A stretch of DNA of 40,606 nt from Minisyncoccia bacterium (GTDB taxonomy: Bacteria; Patescibacteriota; Minisyncoccia; UBA6257), in contig JBMFSN010000003.1 of NCBI GenBank assembly GCA_049967535.1, forward strand, positions 1 through 40,606. Direction: 5' to 3'. Below the pieces are notes generated by a model. The model saw only the letters and a list, made by a program, of their open reading frames with translations, was not told the origin of the DNA and made no database searches. The position numbers and the translations under genes are program-made. How positions within the stretch are numbered: the first letter of the stretch is position 1; each line of letters opens with the position of its first letter. This document shows positions 8,100 to 18,165 of the stretch, one piece after another.

Positions 8100-8945
8100 A
8101 TGCAAACTGAGGATTTAAAAAAGAAAATTTCCATTATTAATCTTCCTGAAGTGAATACTTCTTTGGAAGGTATTATTTTAGAGAAAAAACCCAAGGCAGT
8201 TTTTGTTGATTTATCTCCCTATGGCATTGGAGTAATCAGGGGTTCTTATTATCTCGAAGCAAAAGATTATATTAAAAATCTAAACGTTCAAGATAAAATC
8301 GTAGTTAAAATCTTAGACTGGAATAACGAAGATGGTTTTATAGAGCTTTCTCTTAAAAATCTTTCCCAGGAGAAAAGTTGGAATAATCTTATAGAATTAA
8401 AAAATAAAAAAGAGTCTGTTCCTTTATTAATTACCGAAGTCAATGTCGGGGGACTAATGGGAAAAGTTGATAATCTGAAAGGATTTTTGCCAGTTTCTCA
8501 ATTATCCAGTGAACACTATCCTAAAGTAGAGGGTGGTTCTAAGGCTAAAATCTTAGAAAAACTACAAGAATTTATTGGAAAAGAATTAAAGGTTAAAATT
8601 CTAGATATTGACCCTTCAACCAATAAACTCATTTTTTCTGAAAAATCAGTTGAATCAGACACTGTGAAAAAAATTGCCGAACAATACAAAATTGGAGATA
8701 TTGTTAAGGTTAAAATTACTAAATTGGTTAATTTTGGCGCTTTTGTAAAAGTAGATAACACTCCGGTAGATGGCTTAATTCATATTTCAGAAATTAGCTC
8801 TAAACCAGTTAGTAATCTTGATAAAATCTTAAAGGAAGGGGAGGAAAAAGAAGCAAAAATTATTGCCATTGAGGATGGAAAAATTTCTCTCTCCCTTAAG
8901 GCCTTAGAAGCTGAACCGAATAAAGCAAATGTCCAAGAATCATAA
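8100..8945 (+). CDS. rpsA: 30S ribosomal protein S1, short form with three S1 domains
   Basis: Repeated S1 motifs: AVFVDL..., GGLM..V.NLKGFLPVSQL, FGAFVKV...DGLIHISEI. Confidence 0.85.
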   Translation: MQTEDLKKKISIINLPEVNTSLEGIILEKKPKAVFVDLSPYGIGVIRGSYYLEAKDYIKNLNVQDKIVVKILDWNNEDGFIELSLKNLSQEKSWNNLIELKNKKESVPLLITEVNVGGLMGKVDNLKGFLPVSQLSSEHYPKVEGGSKAKILEKLQEFIGKELKVKILDIDPSTNKLIFSEKSVESDTVKKIAEQYKIGDIVKVKITKLVNFGAFVKVDNTPVDGLIHISEISSKPVSNLDKILKEGEEKEAKIIAIEDGKISLSLKALEAEPNKANVQES

Positions 8946-8971
8946 CTTTACACATTAAAAAGAGATTCCAA

Positions 8972-9004
8972 TAAAAAAGTCGCTTCTTTCAAGCGACTTT
9001 TTTA
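8972..9004. terminator. Bidirectional intrinsic terminator between convergent rpsA and hup
   Basis: TAAAAAAGTCGCTT-CTTTC-AAGCGACTTTTTTA. Confidence 0.9.
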
Positions 9005-9021
9005 ATTAAGATATTTTTTTA

Positions 9022-9294
9022 TTATCTAACAGCTTCTTTTAATCCTTTTCCGGCCTTAAATTTAGCCACTGTCATAGCGGGAATGCTTAATTTCTCACCA
9101 GTTTTTGGATTAACACCTTGTCGAGCAGCTCTTTTCCTAGCAGAAAAAGTGCCAAAACCAGTAATTGTTACATCTTCTCCTTTGGTTAAAGATTTAGTAA
9201 TAGCCTCAATGATAGATTCCAAAGCTTCACTAGCATCTTTTTTGGAGCAATTAATGCGGTTAACGATAACATCAATTAATCCTTCTTTGGTCAT
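9022..9294 (-). CDS. hup: DNA-binding protein HU
   Basis: MTKxxLI..., GFGTFS, RAARQGVNPKTGE, KFKAGKGLKEAV. Confidence 0.96.
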   Translation of the reverse strand: MTKEGLIDVIVNRINCSKKDASEALESIIEAITKSLTKGEDVTITGFGTFSARKRAARQGVNPKTGEKLSIPAMTVAKFKAGKGLKEAVR

Positions 9295-9366
9295 AATGAT
9301 TTTATTGTTAAAATTAATTTTAAGAGTCTCGACCTTTTTAACAGCTTTATTTTAAAAGCTGAATAT

Positions 9367-9391
9367 ATTGTAGCACTTTTTTAATTGTCAA
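9367..9391 (-). promoter_or_regulatory. Promoter-like element TTGACA-N13-TACAAT (extended -10) upstream of hup
   Basis: Minus strand CTTGACAATTAAAAAAGTGCTACAAT. Confidence 0.55.
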
Positions 9392-9424
9392 GCAAGAAAA
9401 ACAAGGTTTCTTCTATGTAATTCC

Positions 9425-10951
9425 TTAACGAGCAATCTCTATAGCCCTTGTTTCTCTTACTACCGTTACTTTAATTTCCCCTGGATATTTTAATTTATCT
9501 TCTATTTGTTGGGCGATATCACGAGCTAATTGAATCGCTCCGGCATCGTCTATTTTCTCAGGAAAAACAAAGACCCTTACTTCTCGACCAGCCGAAATCG
9601 CATAAGCTCTTTCTACTCCCTCAAAGGAGGTGGCTATCTCTTCTAAATTAGTTAAACGTTTCAGATAAGCTTCTAGGCTTTCTTTTCTAGCTCCTGGCCG
9701 GGAAGCAGAAATAGCATCACTAGCATTAATAATAGCCGCTTCAATAGTTTCTACCGGATAATCTCCGTGATGAGCCTGCATAGCCTTAACAATCTCTTCT
9801 GGCATTTTATACTTGATTAAAATCTTTCTTCCTAATTCTAGATGAGTTCCTTCTATTTCCTGGTCTACTGCCTTGCCAATATCGTGAAGCAATCCTGCCT
9901 TTTTAGCTACTTCTACATTAGCTCCTAATTCTTCTGCTAAGGCTCCCGCTATTAAAGCTACTTCAATCGAGTGGGTAAGAGCGTTTTGGCCATAACTAGT
10001 TCTAAAATATAACCGGCCTAAAAGATGAATTAATTCTGGGGGTAAATCTAAAATTCCGGTTTCATAGGCCGCTTCTTCACCTTGCTTTTTGATAACATCC
10101 CTTACTTCTGCTTGAGCTTCAGCTACTTTTTCTTCTATTTTGGCTGGCTGAATTCTTCCATCTTTAATTAATTTTTCCAAAGCCAATCTTGCTATTTCTC
10201 GGCGCAAAGGATTAAAGGAAGACAAAATAACAGTATTAGGGGTATCATCTAAAACTAATTCTACCCCCGTTAATTTTTCGAAATGGCGAATATTTCTTCC
10301 TTCCCGTCCAATAATTTTTCCCTTAATATCATCAGATGGTAAATCAATATTGGTGGTTGTTACCTCTCCTACGCTGGTATGAGAATACCTTTCAATGGCA
10401 TCAACCATAATTTCTTTAGCTTTATTTTCAATCTCTTCTTTTCGGGTTGTCTCTAATTTTTTAATCGCTTCAATAAGTTCACTTTGATATGTTTTCTCAA
10501 CCCGCTTAAAAAGTTCTTCCTTTGCTTCGGTAACCGTTAATTTAGCAATTTTCTCCAATGTTTCTAATTCAGTTTGTTGTAATTTCTCTAATTCTGTCTT
10601 GACCTCTTGAATTTTGTCATAAATTCTTTTAGTTTCTTTTTCTTTTTCATCTATTTCCACCTGTCTTTTATCAATTAGTTCTTCTCTCTCTAAAAGCCTC
10701 TCTTCTAATTTGGTAATTTGATTTTTTCTATTTTTTTCTTCCTCTTTAGCCTCATCTAAAATTTTAACCGCTTTCTCTTTAGCCTCTAAAACAATATTCT
10801 TTGCCTCTTCTCTAACTTTTTCTATTCTTTCTTTAAGGGTGGCCTCAATAGAATTAGCTTGTTTCTGAGCTAATTTTTGGCGAACCACATAACCAAAAAT
10901 TACTCCTCCTGAAAGGGCTCCTATAATAATTAGCACATTAAAAATAACCAT
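9425..10951 (-). CDS. rny: Ribonuclease Y
   Basis: N-terminal TM, coiled coil, KH motif KGKIIGREGRNIR, HD motif LLHDIGK, SASRPGAR, YPGEIKVTVVRE. Confidence 0.97.
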   Translation of the reverse strand: MVIFNVLIIIGALSGGVIFGYVVRQKLAQKQANSIEATLKERIEKVREEAKNIVLEAKEKAVKILDEAKEEEKNRKNQITKLEERLLEREELIDKRQVEIDEKEKETKRIYDKIQEVKTELEKLQQTELETLEKIAKLTVTEAKEELFKRVEKTYQSELIEAIKKLETTRKEEIENKAKEIMVDAIERYSHTSVGEVTTTNIDLPSDDIKGKIIGREGRNIRHFEKLTGVELVLDDTPNTVILSSFNPLRREIARLALEKLIKDGRIQPAKIEEKVAEAQAEVRDVIKKQGEEAAYETGILDLPPELIHLLGRLYFRTSYGQNALTHSIEVALIAGALAEELGANVEVAKKAGLLHDIGKAVDQEIEGTHLELGRKILIKYKMPEEIVKAMQAHHGDYPVETIEAAIINASDAISASRPGARKESLEAYLKRLTNLEEIATSFEGVERAYAISAGREVRVFVFPEKIDDAGAIQLARDIAQQIEDKLKYPGEIKVTVVRETRAIEIAR

Positions 10952-10963
10952 ATTTTTATTTTG

Positions 10964-11117
10964 GCTAACTATTTTCTTTCTTAAAGATAAAGTTTAATTA
11001 ATGAAAAAAGAGGGTTTTCCTTTAAAACCAAGGGTAAAACAAGGATTGAACAAGCAAAATTGAGATAAAAAATTCATTAAATTAAAGCTAAAAAACAAAA
11101 GAAAAAGAATAGTTAGC
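10964..11117 (-). ncRNA. Candidate rod-like structured RNA (6S-like or rny leader)
   Basis: Nested inverted repeats GCTAACTATT/AATAGTTAGC and AGTTTAATTAATGAA/TTCATTAAATTAAAGCT plus an apical hairpin, downstream of a consensus promoter. Confidence 0.45.
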
Positions 11118-11161
11118 AGAGAGTTAAAGTTAATCAAACAACTAATAAATTCTACCTTTTT

Positions 11162-11212
11162 AGTATACCAACCTTTTAAATCTTTGTCAAAAATTTAAAA
11201 GAAGAGTATAAT
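11162..11212. promoter_or_regulatory. Back-to-back sigma70 promoters for rny and gpmI sharing one -35 core
   Basis: Minus: TTGACA(11190..11185)-N17-TATACT(11167..11162). Plus: TTGTCA(11184-11189)-N17-TATAAT(11207-11212). Confidence 0.75.
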
Positions 11213-11277
11213 ATTAAAGATATGCAAAAATATTAAAAGCATAAAATATACAGGAGAAATTAAAAATTATTATATCT

Positions 11278-12858
11278 ATGGCCTTATCAAAAAAAGTTTG
11301 TTTAATTATTCTGGATGGTTGGGGTATTGGCAAAGAAGATTTTTCTAATGCCATTTTTCAAGCCGGAACTCCTAATATTAATGAAATCAAAAAATATTAT
11401 CCCATGACGACCCTTCAGGCTTCAGGTATTGCTGTTGGTTTACCATACAATGAAGCAGGTAATAGTGAAGTAGGACACCTTACTTTAGGAACAGGACAAA
11501 TTTTATACCAATATGTTGTAAGAATTTCTCAAAGTATTAAAAATCAAACATTTTTCCAAAATCCTAGCCTTATTCAAGCTTATCAACACGCTAAAGATAA
11601 TCATAGTACCCTTCATCTTATTGGGCTTCTTTCTAATAATATTGTCCATAGTTCATACGACCATCTTCTTGCTCTTTTAGATATGGCTAATCAATGGAAA
11701 ATTGATAAAGTTAATCTTCATCTTTTTACTGATGGCCGAGATTCTTCCCCTACCGAAGGAAAAGAAATGATAAAAAAATTAGAGAATGATTTAAAAATCC
11801 GAGGACAAGCCAAAATTGCTACTTTAGGCGGCCGTTTTTATGGAATGGATCGAGATAAAAATTATAACCGGATTCAAAAATATTATGATGCTTTAGTTTT
11901 TGGCAAAGGCAAGAATATCACTGATCCTTATTCTTATCTTGAAGACTCTTATCAAAATAATATTACCGACGAATTTATTGTTCCTGCTATAGTAGGTGAT
12001 CCTAATGAAGCTGTTATTCAGGACCAAGATGCTATTATCTTTTTTAATTTTCGAGAAGAACGAATGAGAGAGCTCGCCGAAACTTTTGCTGACCCTCAGT
12101 TGAATGCTTTTCCCGTTAAGACTTTCCAGAACTTAAAAATTGTTACCTTTACTCGTTATCGTGATGATTTTCCCTTTAGCGTAGCCTTTCCTCCTCAACA
12201 AATAACAATCAATCTAGCTAGTATTCTTTCTAAGAATAATAAAAGACAATTGCACTTAGCGGAAACAGAAAAATATGCTCATGTTACTTATTTCTTTGAT
12301 GGGCTACAAGAAAAACCAAATCCTGGAGAATATTGGGTAATGATTCCCTCTATCAAAACTTTACATCTGGAGGATTATCCCCAGTTAAGAGCTCAAGAAA
12401 TTACTACTCGACTTTTACAAGCTTTTGAAGAAAATATTTATGATTTTATCTTGGTAAATTATGCTAACCCAGATTTAATTGGCCACACTGGTAATTTAGA
12501 AGCGGGTATTGCTTGCGCCAAAATTATTGATCAAGAAATCCAAAAAGTTATTACCGATGCTTTAAAATTTAATTATACTGTTTTAATTACCGCTGACCAC
12601 GGTAATTTAGAAATAATGCTGAATCCTCTAACAGGTGAAATAGAAACAGAACACGATACAAGTTTAGTGCCTTTTTATTTCATAGATAAAAAATATAGGC
12701 TCGCTACTCCTAGAACTATTAAAGAAATAAAAGAGATCGAAAATTCCTCGGGAGGAATGTTAGCAGATGTAAGTCCAACTATCTTAGAGCTTTTTGGTCT
12801 TCCTGTTCCCCAAGAGATGACTGGCCAAAGTTTATTACCTCTTTTGGGTATTCAGTAA
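11278..12858 (+). CDS. gpmI: 2,3-bisphosphoglycerate-independent phosphoglycerate mutase
   Basis: ILDGWG, GNSEVGH, FTDGRD, GRFYGMDRD, AETEKYAHVTYF, NYANPDLIGHTG, TADHGN. Confidence 0.97.
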   Translation: MALSKKVCLIILDGWGIGKEDFSNAIFQAGTPNINEIKKYYPMTTLQASGIAVGLPYNEAGNSEVGHLTLGTGQILYQYVVRISQSIKNQTFFQNPSLIQAYQHAKDNHSTLHLIGLLSNNIVHSSYDHLLALLDMANQWKIDKVNLHLFTDGRDSSPTEGKEMIKKLENDLKIRGQAKIATLGGRFYGMDRDKNYNRIQKYYDALVFGKGKNITDPYSYLEDSYQNNITDEFIVPAIVGDPNEAVIQDQDAIIFFNFREERMRELAETFADPQLNAFPVKTFQNLKIVTFTRYRDDFPFSVAFPPQQITINLASILSKNNKRQLHLAETEKYAHVTYFFDGLQEKPNPGEYWVMIPSIKTLHLEDYPQLRAQEITTRLLQAFEENIYDFILVNYANPDLIGHTGNLEAGIACAKIIDQEIQKVITDALKFNYTVLITADHGNLEIMLNPLTGEIETEHDTSLVPFYFIDKKYRLATPRTIKEIKEIENSSGGMLADVSPTILELFGLPVPQEMTGQSLLPLLGIQ

Positions 12859-12971
12859 GAAGGCTTTTCTCTATGCCAAACAAGTTTAAATAGGGAAAAT
12901 ATTTTTTCTTCCCTACCGCTCTCAGTCCTTTTAAAATTATAGTATTTTAAACTTGTTTGATGTAAAAGGGG

Positions 12972-13000
12972 TTGCTTTTTTTTCTTTTTCCTTGTATAAT
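12972..13000 (+). promoter_or_regulatory. Sigma70 promoter, near-leaderless transcript
   Basis: TTGCTT-N17-TATAAT, 9 nt before ATG 13010. Confidence 0.7.
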
Positions 13001-13009
13001 AAACAATCT

Positions 13010-13372
13010 ATGGGGAGCCTCATCAAAAAACTCTTTTTCGGGGTAATTCTCAATACTGTTGCCGTTCTTGTTTCAGAGAAATGCCTGAATTACCTTTTTC
13101 AAGACTTCTATTTTAAAGGAACGATCACTCAATTATTTTTATTGGCTTTTATTTTAACCATTCTGAACCTTTTAATTAAACCCATTCTTCACTTTATCTT
13201 TTTACCTTTAATTTGGTTAACTCTCGGCATTTTTTCTCTTATTATTAATCTCATCATTCTAAAAACAGCAAGCTATCTTATTCCAGGAGTTTTAGTTATT
13301 AATTCTTCGCTTTCCTGGCTGGGGGCCTCTCTTATTGTTAGTTTTTTTAATTCTTTTATTCATAAAGCTTAG
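13010..13372 (+). CDS. YvlD-like 4-TM membrane protein (so-called phage holin family)
   Basis: ILNLLIKPIL..IFLPL..LTLGIFSLIIN motif. Start moved to ATG 13010 because the track's upstream extension overlaps the promoter. Confidence 0.85.
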   Translation: MGSLIKKLFFGVILNTVAVLVSEKCLNYLFQDFYFKGTITQLFLLAFILTILNLLIKPILHFIFLPLIWLTLGIFSLIINLIILKTASYLIPGVLVINSSLSWLGASLIVSFFNSFIHKA

Positions 13373-13390
13373 TCTTTATTTTAAATTTTT

Positions 13391-13612
13391 ATGACAATAT
13401 CATTAATTCTTGTTCTTACCCAAATCATTATTAGTGCTTCCTTAGTTGTTCTTATCCTCATTCAGCAAAGAGGTGGAGGGATTGGTGTTATTGGAGGATT
13501 ACAAACTCAGTTTTATGGTACAAGACGAGGGTTAGAAAAAATAATTTTTTGGCTTACTATAATTTTAGGTGTTATTTTTATTAGTTTAGCTGTTATTTCT
13601 TTTATTATTTAG
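13391..13612 (+). CDS. secG: Preprotein translocase subunit SecG
   Basis: Two TMs, LILIQQRGGGIG...TRRGLEK. Confidence 0.9.
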   Translation: MTISLILVLTQIIISASLVVLILIQQRGGGIGVIGGLQTQFYGTRRGLEKIIFWLTIILGVIFISLAVISFII

Positions 13613-13628
13613 TTTTGAATATTCATTA

Positions 13629-15299
13629 ATGTGTTTTTTAAATTTCGTCATTCATCTTTGGCATAAGTTTTCCCTTAAAGAAAAAGGCATTTTTATTTTT
13701 TCTCTTACGATTTTACTTGTTGGTCTTTCTTGGTCCACTATCATTCTTATCAAGAAGATAACTATTCCTGTTCCTAAAGAAGGAGGAACTTTAACTTTCG
13801 GTCTTGTTGGTCATTTTTCTTATTTAAATCCTGTTTTAAGCCAATCAAATGATTGCGATCGTGATTTAAATGAGCTTATTTATAATGGGTTATATGAAAT
13901 CGATGGCCAGGGTGGTTTCAAGCCTAGTTTAGCTGATAAAATAGAAATTAGCCCTGATGGAAAAACTTATACTGTTTTTCTCAAAGAAAAAGTGTTTTGG
14001 CATGATGGTGTTCCTTTTACAGCTGATGATGTTATTTTTACCATTGAAACTATTCAAAACCCCGAGATTAAAAGTCCTCTTTATTTAAGCTGGAAAGGAG
14101 TAGTAGTAGAAAAAATATCAAATAGTGCAGTTCGTTTTGATTTGCAAAATTCATATGAGCCCTTTCTTCAAAATTTGACTTTAAAAATTATCCCCAAACA
14201 TGTCTGGGAAAATATTCAGCCCGAAGATATTGTTCATACAGAATATAACATCAAACCCATCGGCACAGGTCCTTATTTGTTTGATAATCTAAACAAAAGT
14301 CCTAACGGTAAAATTAATAGTTATTCTTTAGTATCTAATGATAATTATTTCGATGGGAAACCTAAAATCAATCGGATAGTATTTCGCTTATATAATTCTC
14401 CTGAAGAAGCCAAAGCGGCTCTTTTAAAGAATGAAGTGAATGCTCTTTCGCCTTTGTCCATTTCTGATTATAATTTTTTTGCGAATAAAAAAGATTATCA
14501 AATTGTTCATCTCTTTCTACCTCGTTATTTCGCTGTTTTCTTTAATTTAAATAATAGTCTTTTTAGTTCTCCTGATTTTCGTCAAGCCCTTAGCTTAGCT
14601 ATTGATAGAAATCAATTAGTAAAAACTGTCCTCCAAAATCAAGCTTTTCCTTTATCTAGTCCTATTTCTCCAGGCTTTTGGTCTTATCAAAATTTTGATA
14701 ACGAATACGATCAAAACAAAGCCATTGTTCTTATTAATAAATTAAAGGCTGCTAGTGCTAAAAACAAAAAAGTTCCCCAGGATTTTAGTTTTACCCTTTC
14801 TTTATCTGATGATCCCGAACTTATTAATGTGGCTAATTTTCTTGCTAGCTCTTTTAAGGCCATAGGAGTCAATATGTCTTTACAAATTCTTCCTTTAAAG
14901 GATTTGGAAAAAAATGTTATTCAAAATCGCTCTTATCAAGCCTTACTTTTTGGAGAAATTATTGGTCAAGATCCAGATTTATTCACTTTTTGGCACTCCA
15001 GCCAAGCTTCCAGCCAAGGTTTAAATCTTTCTAATTACCAAAATACTAGTCTTGACAAACTTCTTGAAGAAGAAAGACAAATTTTAGACCAAAACCAACG
15101 CCTTAAAGATATGCAGCAAATTCAAACTATTCTTCATAACGATAATCCTGCCCTTTTTCTTTATAATCCTTATTATTTAATTCTTCTTCCTAAAAAAGTA
15201 CAAAATATCAATGTTCAGTACGTTAATTTGCCTTCGGAACAATTTTCTCAAATAGAAAACTGGTTTCTCTACACAAAAAGACAATTAAAGCTGAGATAA
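13629..15299 (+). CDS. Peptide ABC transporter substrate-binding protein (family 5), TM-anchored
   Basis: LNPV, IYNGL, WHDGVPFTADDVIFT, PIGTGPY, RQALSLAIDR. Confidence 0.92.
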   Translation: MCFLNFVIHLWHKFSLKEKGIFIFSLTILLVGLSWSTIILIKKITIPVPKEGGTLTFGLVGHFSYLNPVLSQSNDCDRDLNELIYNGLYEIDGQGGFKPSLADKIEISPDGKTYTVFLKEKVFWHDGVPFTADDVIFTIETIQNPEIKSPLYLSWKGVVVEKISNSAVRFDLQNSYEPFLQNLTLKIIPKHVWENIQPEDIVHTEYNIKPIGTGPYLFDNLNKSPNGKINSYSLVSNDNYFDGKPKINRIVFRLYNSPEEAKAALLKNEVNALSPLSISDYNFFANKKDYQIVHLFLPRYFAVFFNLNNSLFSSPDFRQALSLAIDRNQLVKTVLQNQAFPLSSPISPGFWSYQNFDNEYDQNKAIVLINKLKAASAKNKKVPQDFSFTLSLSDDPELINVANFLASSFKAIGVNMSLQILPLKDLEKNVIQNRSYQALLFGEIIGQDPDLFTFWHSSQASSQGLNLSNYQNTSLDKLLEEERQILDQNQRLKDMQQIQTILHNDNPALFLYNPYYLILLPKKVQNINVQYVNLPSEQFSQIENWFLYTKRQLKLR

Positions 15300-15328
15300 T
15301 TTTTTTCTTAATTTTAATTATTACTCAG

Positions 15329-15410
15329 GGACGGGTGGTGAAATTGGCAGACACGTACGGTTCAGGTCCGTATGCCGAAAGGCTTGAGGGTTCGAATCCC
15401 TCCCCGTCCA
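15329..15410 (+). tRNA. tRNA-Leu(CAG)
   Basis: GGACGGG/CCCGTCC acceptor, TACGG-TTCAGGT-CCGTA, long variable arm. Confidence 0.95.
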
Positions 15411-15435
15411 CTAATTTTAATTTTTATTATTATTT

Positions 15436-17148
15436 ATGCTGGAACACAAAAACAAACAAATATCGAAGGATAAAACTCCTGAAAAGCTCAAAATCATTCC
15501 TTTAGGAGGTTTAGAAGAAATTGGGAGAAATATGACTCTTTTTGAATACCAAAACCAGGTGCTGATTGTTGATATGGGATTACAATTTCCGGATGAATCA
15601 ATGCCAGGTATTGATTTTATCATCCCCAATATTGAATATCTCACTCATCATCCTGAGAAAAAAGTTCTAGGAATATTTATTACCCATGCACACTATGACC
15701 ATATTGGGGCCATTCCTTATTTGATTGATAAACTCAATTACCCTACTATCTATACTGCCCCTCTTTCTCAAAAAATTATTTTGAAAAGACAAGAAGATTT
15801 TGTTCATCTTAAAAAACTTCATATCGAAGTTATAAATAAAAATAACCCTAAAAGTATTGTTTTAGGCCCTTTTACTCTGGAAACTTTTCATCTAAATCAT
15901 AATATTCCTGATACTTTGGGACTGGTTATTAGAACTCCAGTAGGTAATGTTTTCTATACCACTGATTTTAAAATTGATTTCCACCCTATCGCTGATGAAC
16001 CGGCTGACCTTACTCGAATTGCTCATTTAGCTTCCTCGGGGGTAAGCCTTCTTATGTCTGATTCTACTGGAGCAGAAAATCCCGGGCATTCTATTTCTGA
16101 AAAAACTATTATGGAAAATCTAGAAAAAATTTGGAGCCAGGCCAAGGGAAGAATTATTCTCGCCACTTTTTCTTCTCTCCTTTCTCGCCTTCAACAAGCA
16201 ATCTGGTTATCAGAAAAATACAATCGTAAAGTAACTATTGAGGGTTTTTCCATGAAAACCAATGTGATGATTGCTGAAAAATTAGGATACCTTCAAATCA
16301 AAAAAGGCACTCTTATTAATTGGAAAGAGGCTAGCCAAGCTGACCCTGATAAATTAACTATTCTTTGTACAGGAGCCCAAGGAGAAAGTGAAGCTACTCT
16401 TATTAAAGTAGTTAACCGAGAGCATAAATATCTTCGTATTCAAAAAGGAGATACGGTTATTTTCTCTTCCTCTATTGTTCCTGGCAATGAAAGAGCAGTA
16501 CAAAATTTAAAAGATAACCTCATTAAACAAGGAGCAAAAGTATATCATTATAAAATGCTAGATATTCATGCTTCCGGCCACGGATATCAAGATGACTTAA
16601 AAATGATGATTAACTTAGTTAAGCCTAAATTCTTTATGCCTATTCATGGGCATTATTCTATGCTGAGTAATCATGCTGAATTAGCTGAATCAGTAGGTAT
16701 TTTAAAATCCAATATCGTGATTGCCCAAAATGGCCAAGTAATTGAATTAACGGTTGACACCATTAATGCCACGGAAAAATTTGTTCCTACCAATTATGTC
16801 ATGGTTGATGGCTTGGGAATTGGCGATATCGGCGAAGTAGTTTTAAGAGATAGACAAACTCTCTCTCAGGATGGTATTTTCTTAGTGATTGCTTTAGTAG
16901 ATAGCAAAACCGGCCTTCTTTATAACAATCCCGAGATTGTTTCTCGAGGTTTTGTTTATATGAAAGAGTCAAAAGATTTACTCCAGGAAGTTAAAAAGTT
17001 AATCGGCGACATAGTTAGCCATGCAACAAAAGAACAAGGTTTTAATGAAACCTATATTAGAAATGCCCTAAGAGACCAGATAGGACTTTTTCTTTTCAAG
17101 AAAACTAAACGCCGACCTATGGTCTTACCAGTGGTTATTGAGGTATAA
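15436..17148 (+). CDS. rnj: Ribonuclease J
   Basis: PLGGLEEIGRNM, THAHYDHIG, TGAQGE, HASGHG, PIHG, RRPMVLPVVIEV. Confidence 0.97.
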   Translation: MLEHKNKQISKDKTPEKLKIIPLGGLEEIGRNMTLFEYQNQVLIVDMGLQFPDESMPGIDFIIPNIEYLTHHPEKKVLGIFITHAHYDHIGAIPYLIDKLNYPTIYTAPLSQKIILKRQEDFVHLKKLHIEVINKNNPKSIVLGPFTLETFHLNHNIPDTLGLVIRTPVGNVFYTTDFKIDFHPIADEPADLTRIAHLASSGVSLLMSDSTGAENPGHSISEKTIMENLEKIWSQAKGRIILATFSSLLSRLQQAIWLSEKYNRKVTIEGFSMKTNVMIAEKLGYLQIKKGTLINWKEASQADPDKLTILCTGAQGESEATLIKVVNREHKYLRIQKGDTVIFSSSIVPGNERAVQNLKDNLIKQGAKVYHYKMLDIHASGHGYQDDLKMMINLVKPKFFMPIHGHYSMLSNHAELAESVGILKSNIVIAQNGQVIELTVDTINATEKFVPTNYVMVDGLGIGDIGEVVLRDRQTLSQDGIFLVIALVDSKTGLLYNNPEIVSRGFVYMKESKDLLQEVKKLIGDIVSHATKEQGFNETYIRNALRDQIGLFLFKKTKRRPMVLPVVIEV

Positions 17149-17236
17149 TTGATAATAACCCTATAATTAATAAAATTAATTAAGGACAATATCAAAAATT
17201 AAAATTCAGAATTCAAATTAATAATGGAGTAATTCT

Positions 17237-18088
17237 CTACTTTATCTGAAATAATTGTTTAGCGTTTTCGAAGGTAATTTTTTCTATTTCTTCCAAAGAA
17301 ACATGTTTTAATTCAGCAATCTTTTTAGCTACCTCGACAACATATTGAGACTCATTTCGAGTCCCCCGATAAGGTACAGGAGCCACATAAGGTGCATCGG
17401 TTTCAATTAGAATTCTATTAAGGGGTACACTTTTTATAACTTCGTCCATTTTATGACCATAGGTAATTACTCCAGAAAAACCTAGATAATAACCTTGGGC
17501 TAAAATTAGTTGGGCTTCTTCAAACGTACCTGTAAAAAAATGAAAAACAGCTTTTCCTTGGTAATTATTTTCTTTCAAAAGTTTTAAAGCCTCTTGATAT
17601 AAATCTCTCACGTGTAAAATTAAAGGTAAATGATATTTCTGCGCTATTTTAATTTGCTTAATAAATTCATTCTTTTCTAAATTTTGATACTGTTTTTGTT
17701 CTTTTAAAGTAAAGTCTTTAAGGTAGCTATAATCTAAGCCACATTCGCCGATGGCTACCACTTTTGTGTTATCTTTTATTAATTTTTCAAATGATTCATC
17801 AAAAACTTCTGGTAAAATTATTTCTCCTTTAACTCGTAAATCTTTTTTTTGAAATTCTTGCAAGTCAATTGAACATACATTATTAGGAAACACATGAGAA
17901 GGATGAAGGCCTACACTAGCCCAACAATTAGAATATTGAGAGGCTATTTCACTTGCCTTTTTAGAAGTAAGATAATTAGTACCAACATTAATCATAAAAA
18001 TACCTTCTTTAAGGTATTTTTTTATTATCGTATCACGGTCGGTATCAAAAGCAGCTAAATTAAGATGAGTATGAGAATCAAAAAGCAT
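17237..18088 (-). CDS. tatD: TatD-family nuclease
   Basis: DSHTHL, GLHP, AIGECGLDY, LHVRD, ETDAPY. Confidence 0.95.
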   Translation of the reverse strand: MLFDSHTHLNLAAFDTDRDTIIKKYLKEGIFMINVGTNYLTSKKASEIASQYSNCWASVGLHPSHVFPNNVCSIDLQEFQKKDLRVKGEIILPEVFDESFEKLIKDNTKVVAIGECGLDYSYLKDFTLKEQKQYQNLEKNEFIKQIKIAQKYHLPLILHVRDLYQEALKLLKENNYQGKAVFHFFTGTFEEAQLILAQGYYLGFSGVITYGHKMDEVIKSVPLNRILIETDAPYVAPVPYRGTRNESQYVVEVAKKIAELKHVSLEEIEKITFENAKQLFQIK

Positions 18089-18110
18089 AGAGCAAAAATT
18101 TTATAATTTT

Positions 18111-18135
18111 CAATTTACAATTTTCAATAAATTTT
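18111..18135. repeat. 25-bp dispersed heptamer-type repeat, copy 2
   Basis: caatttacaattttcaataaatttt, identical to 7516-7540. Confidence 0.8.
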
Positions 18136-18165
18136 AAATGATTCAATTTACAATTAAATTAAAAT

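Noticed and set aside
13010-13372. Prophage suggested by a holin-family gene
   Set aside because: YvlD-like proteins are common chromosomal genes; neighbours are gpmI and secG, with no phage genes.
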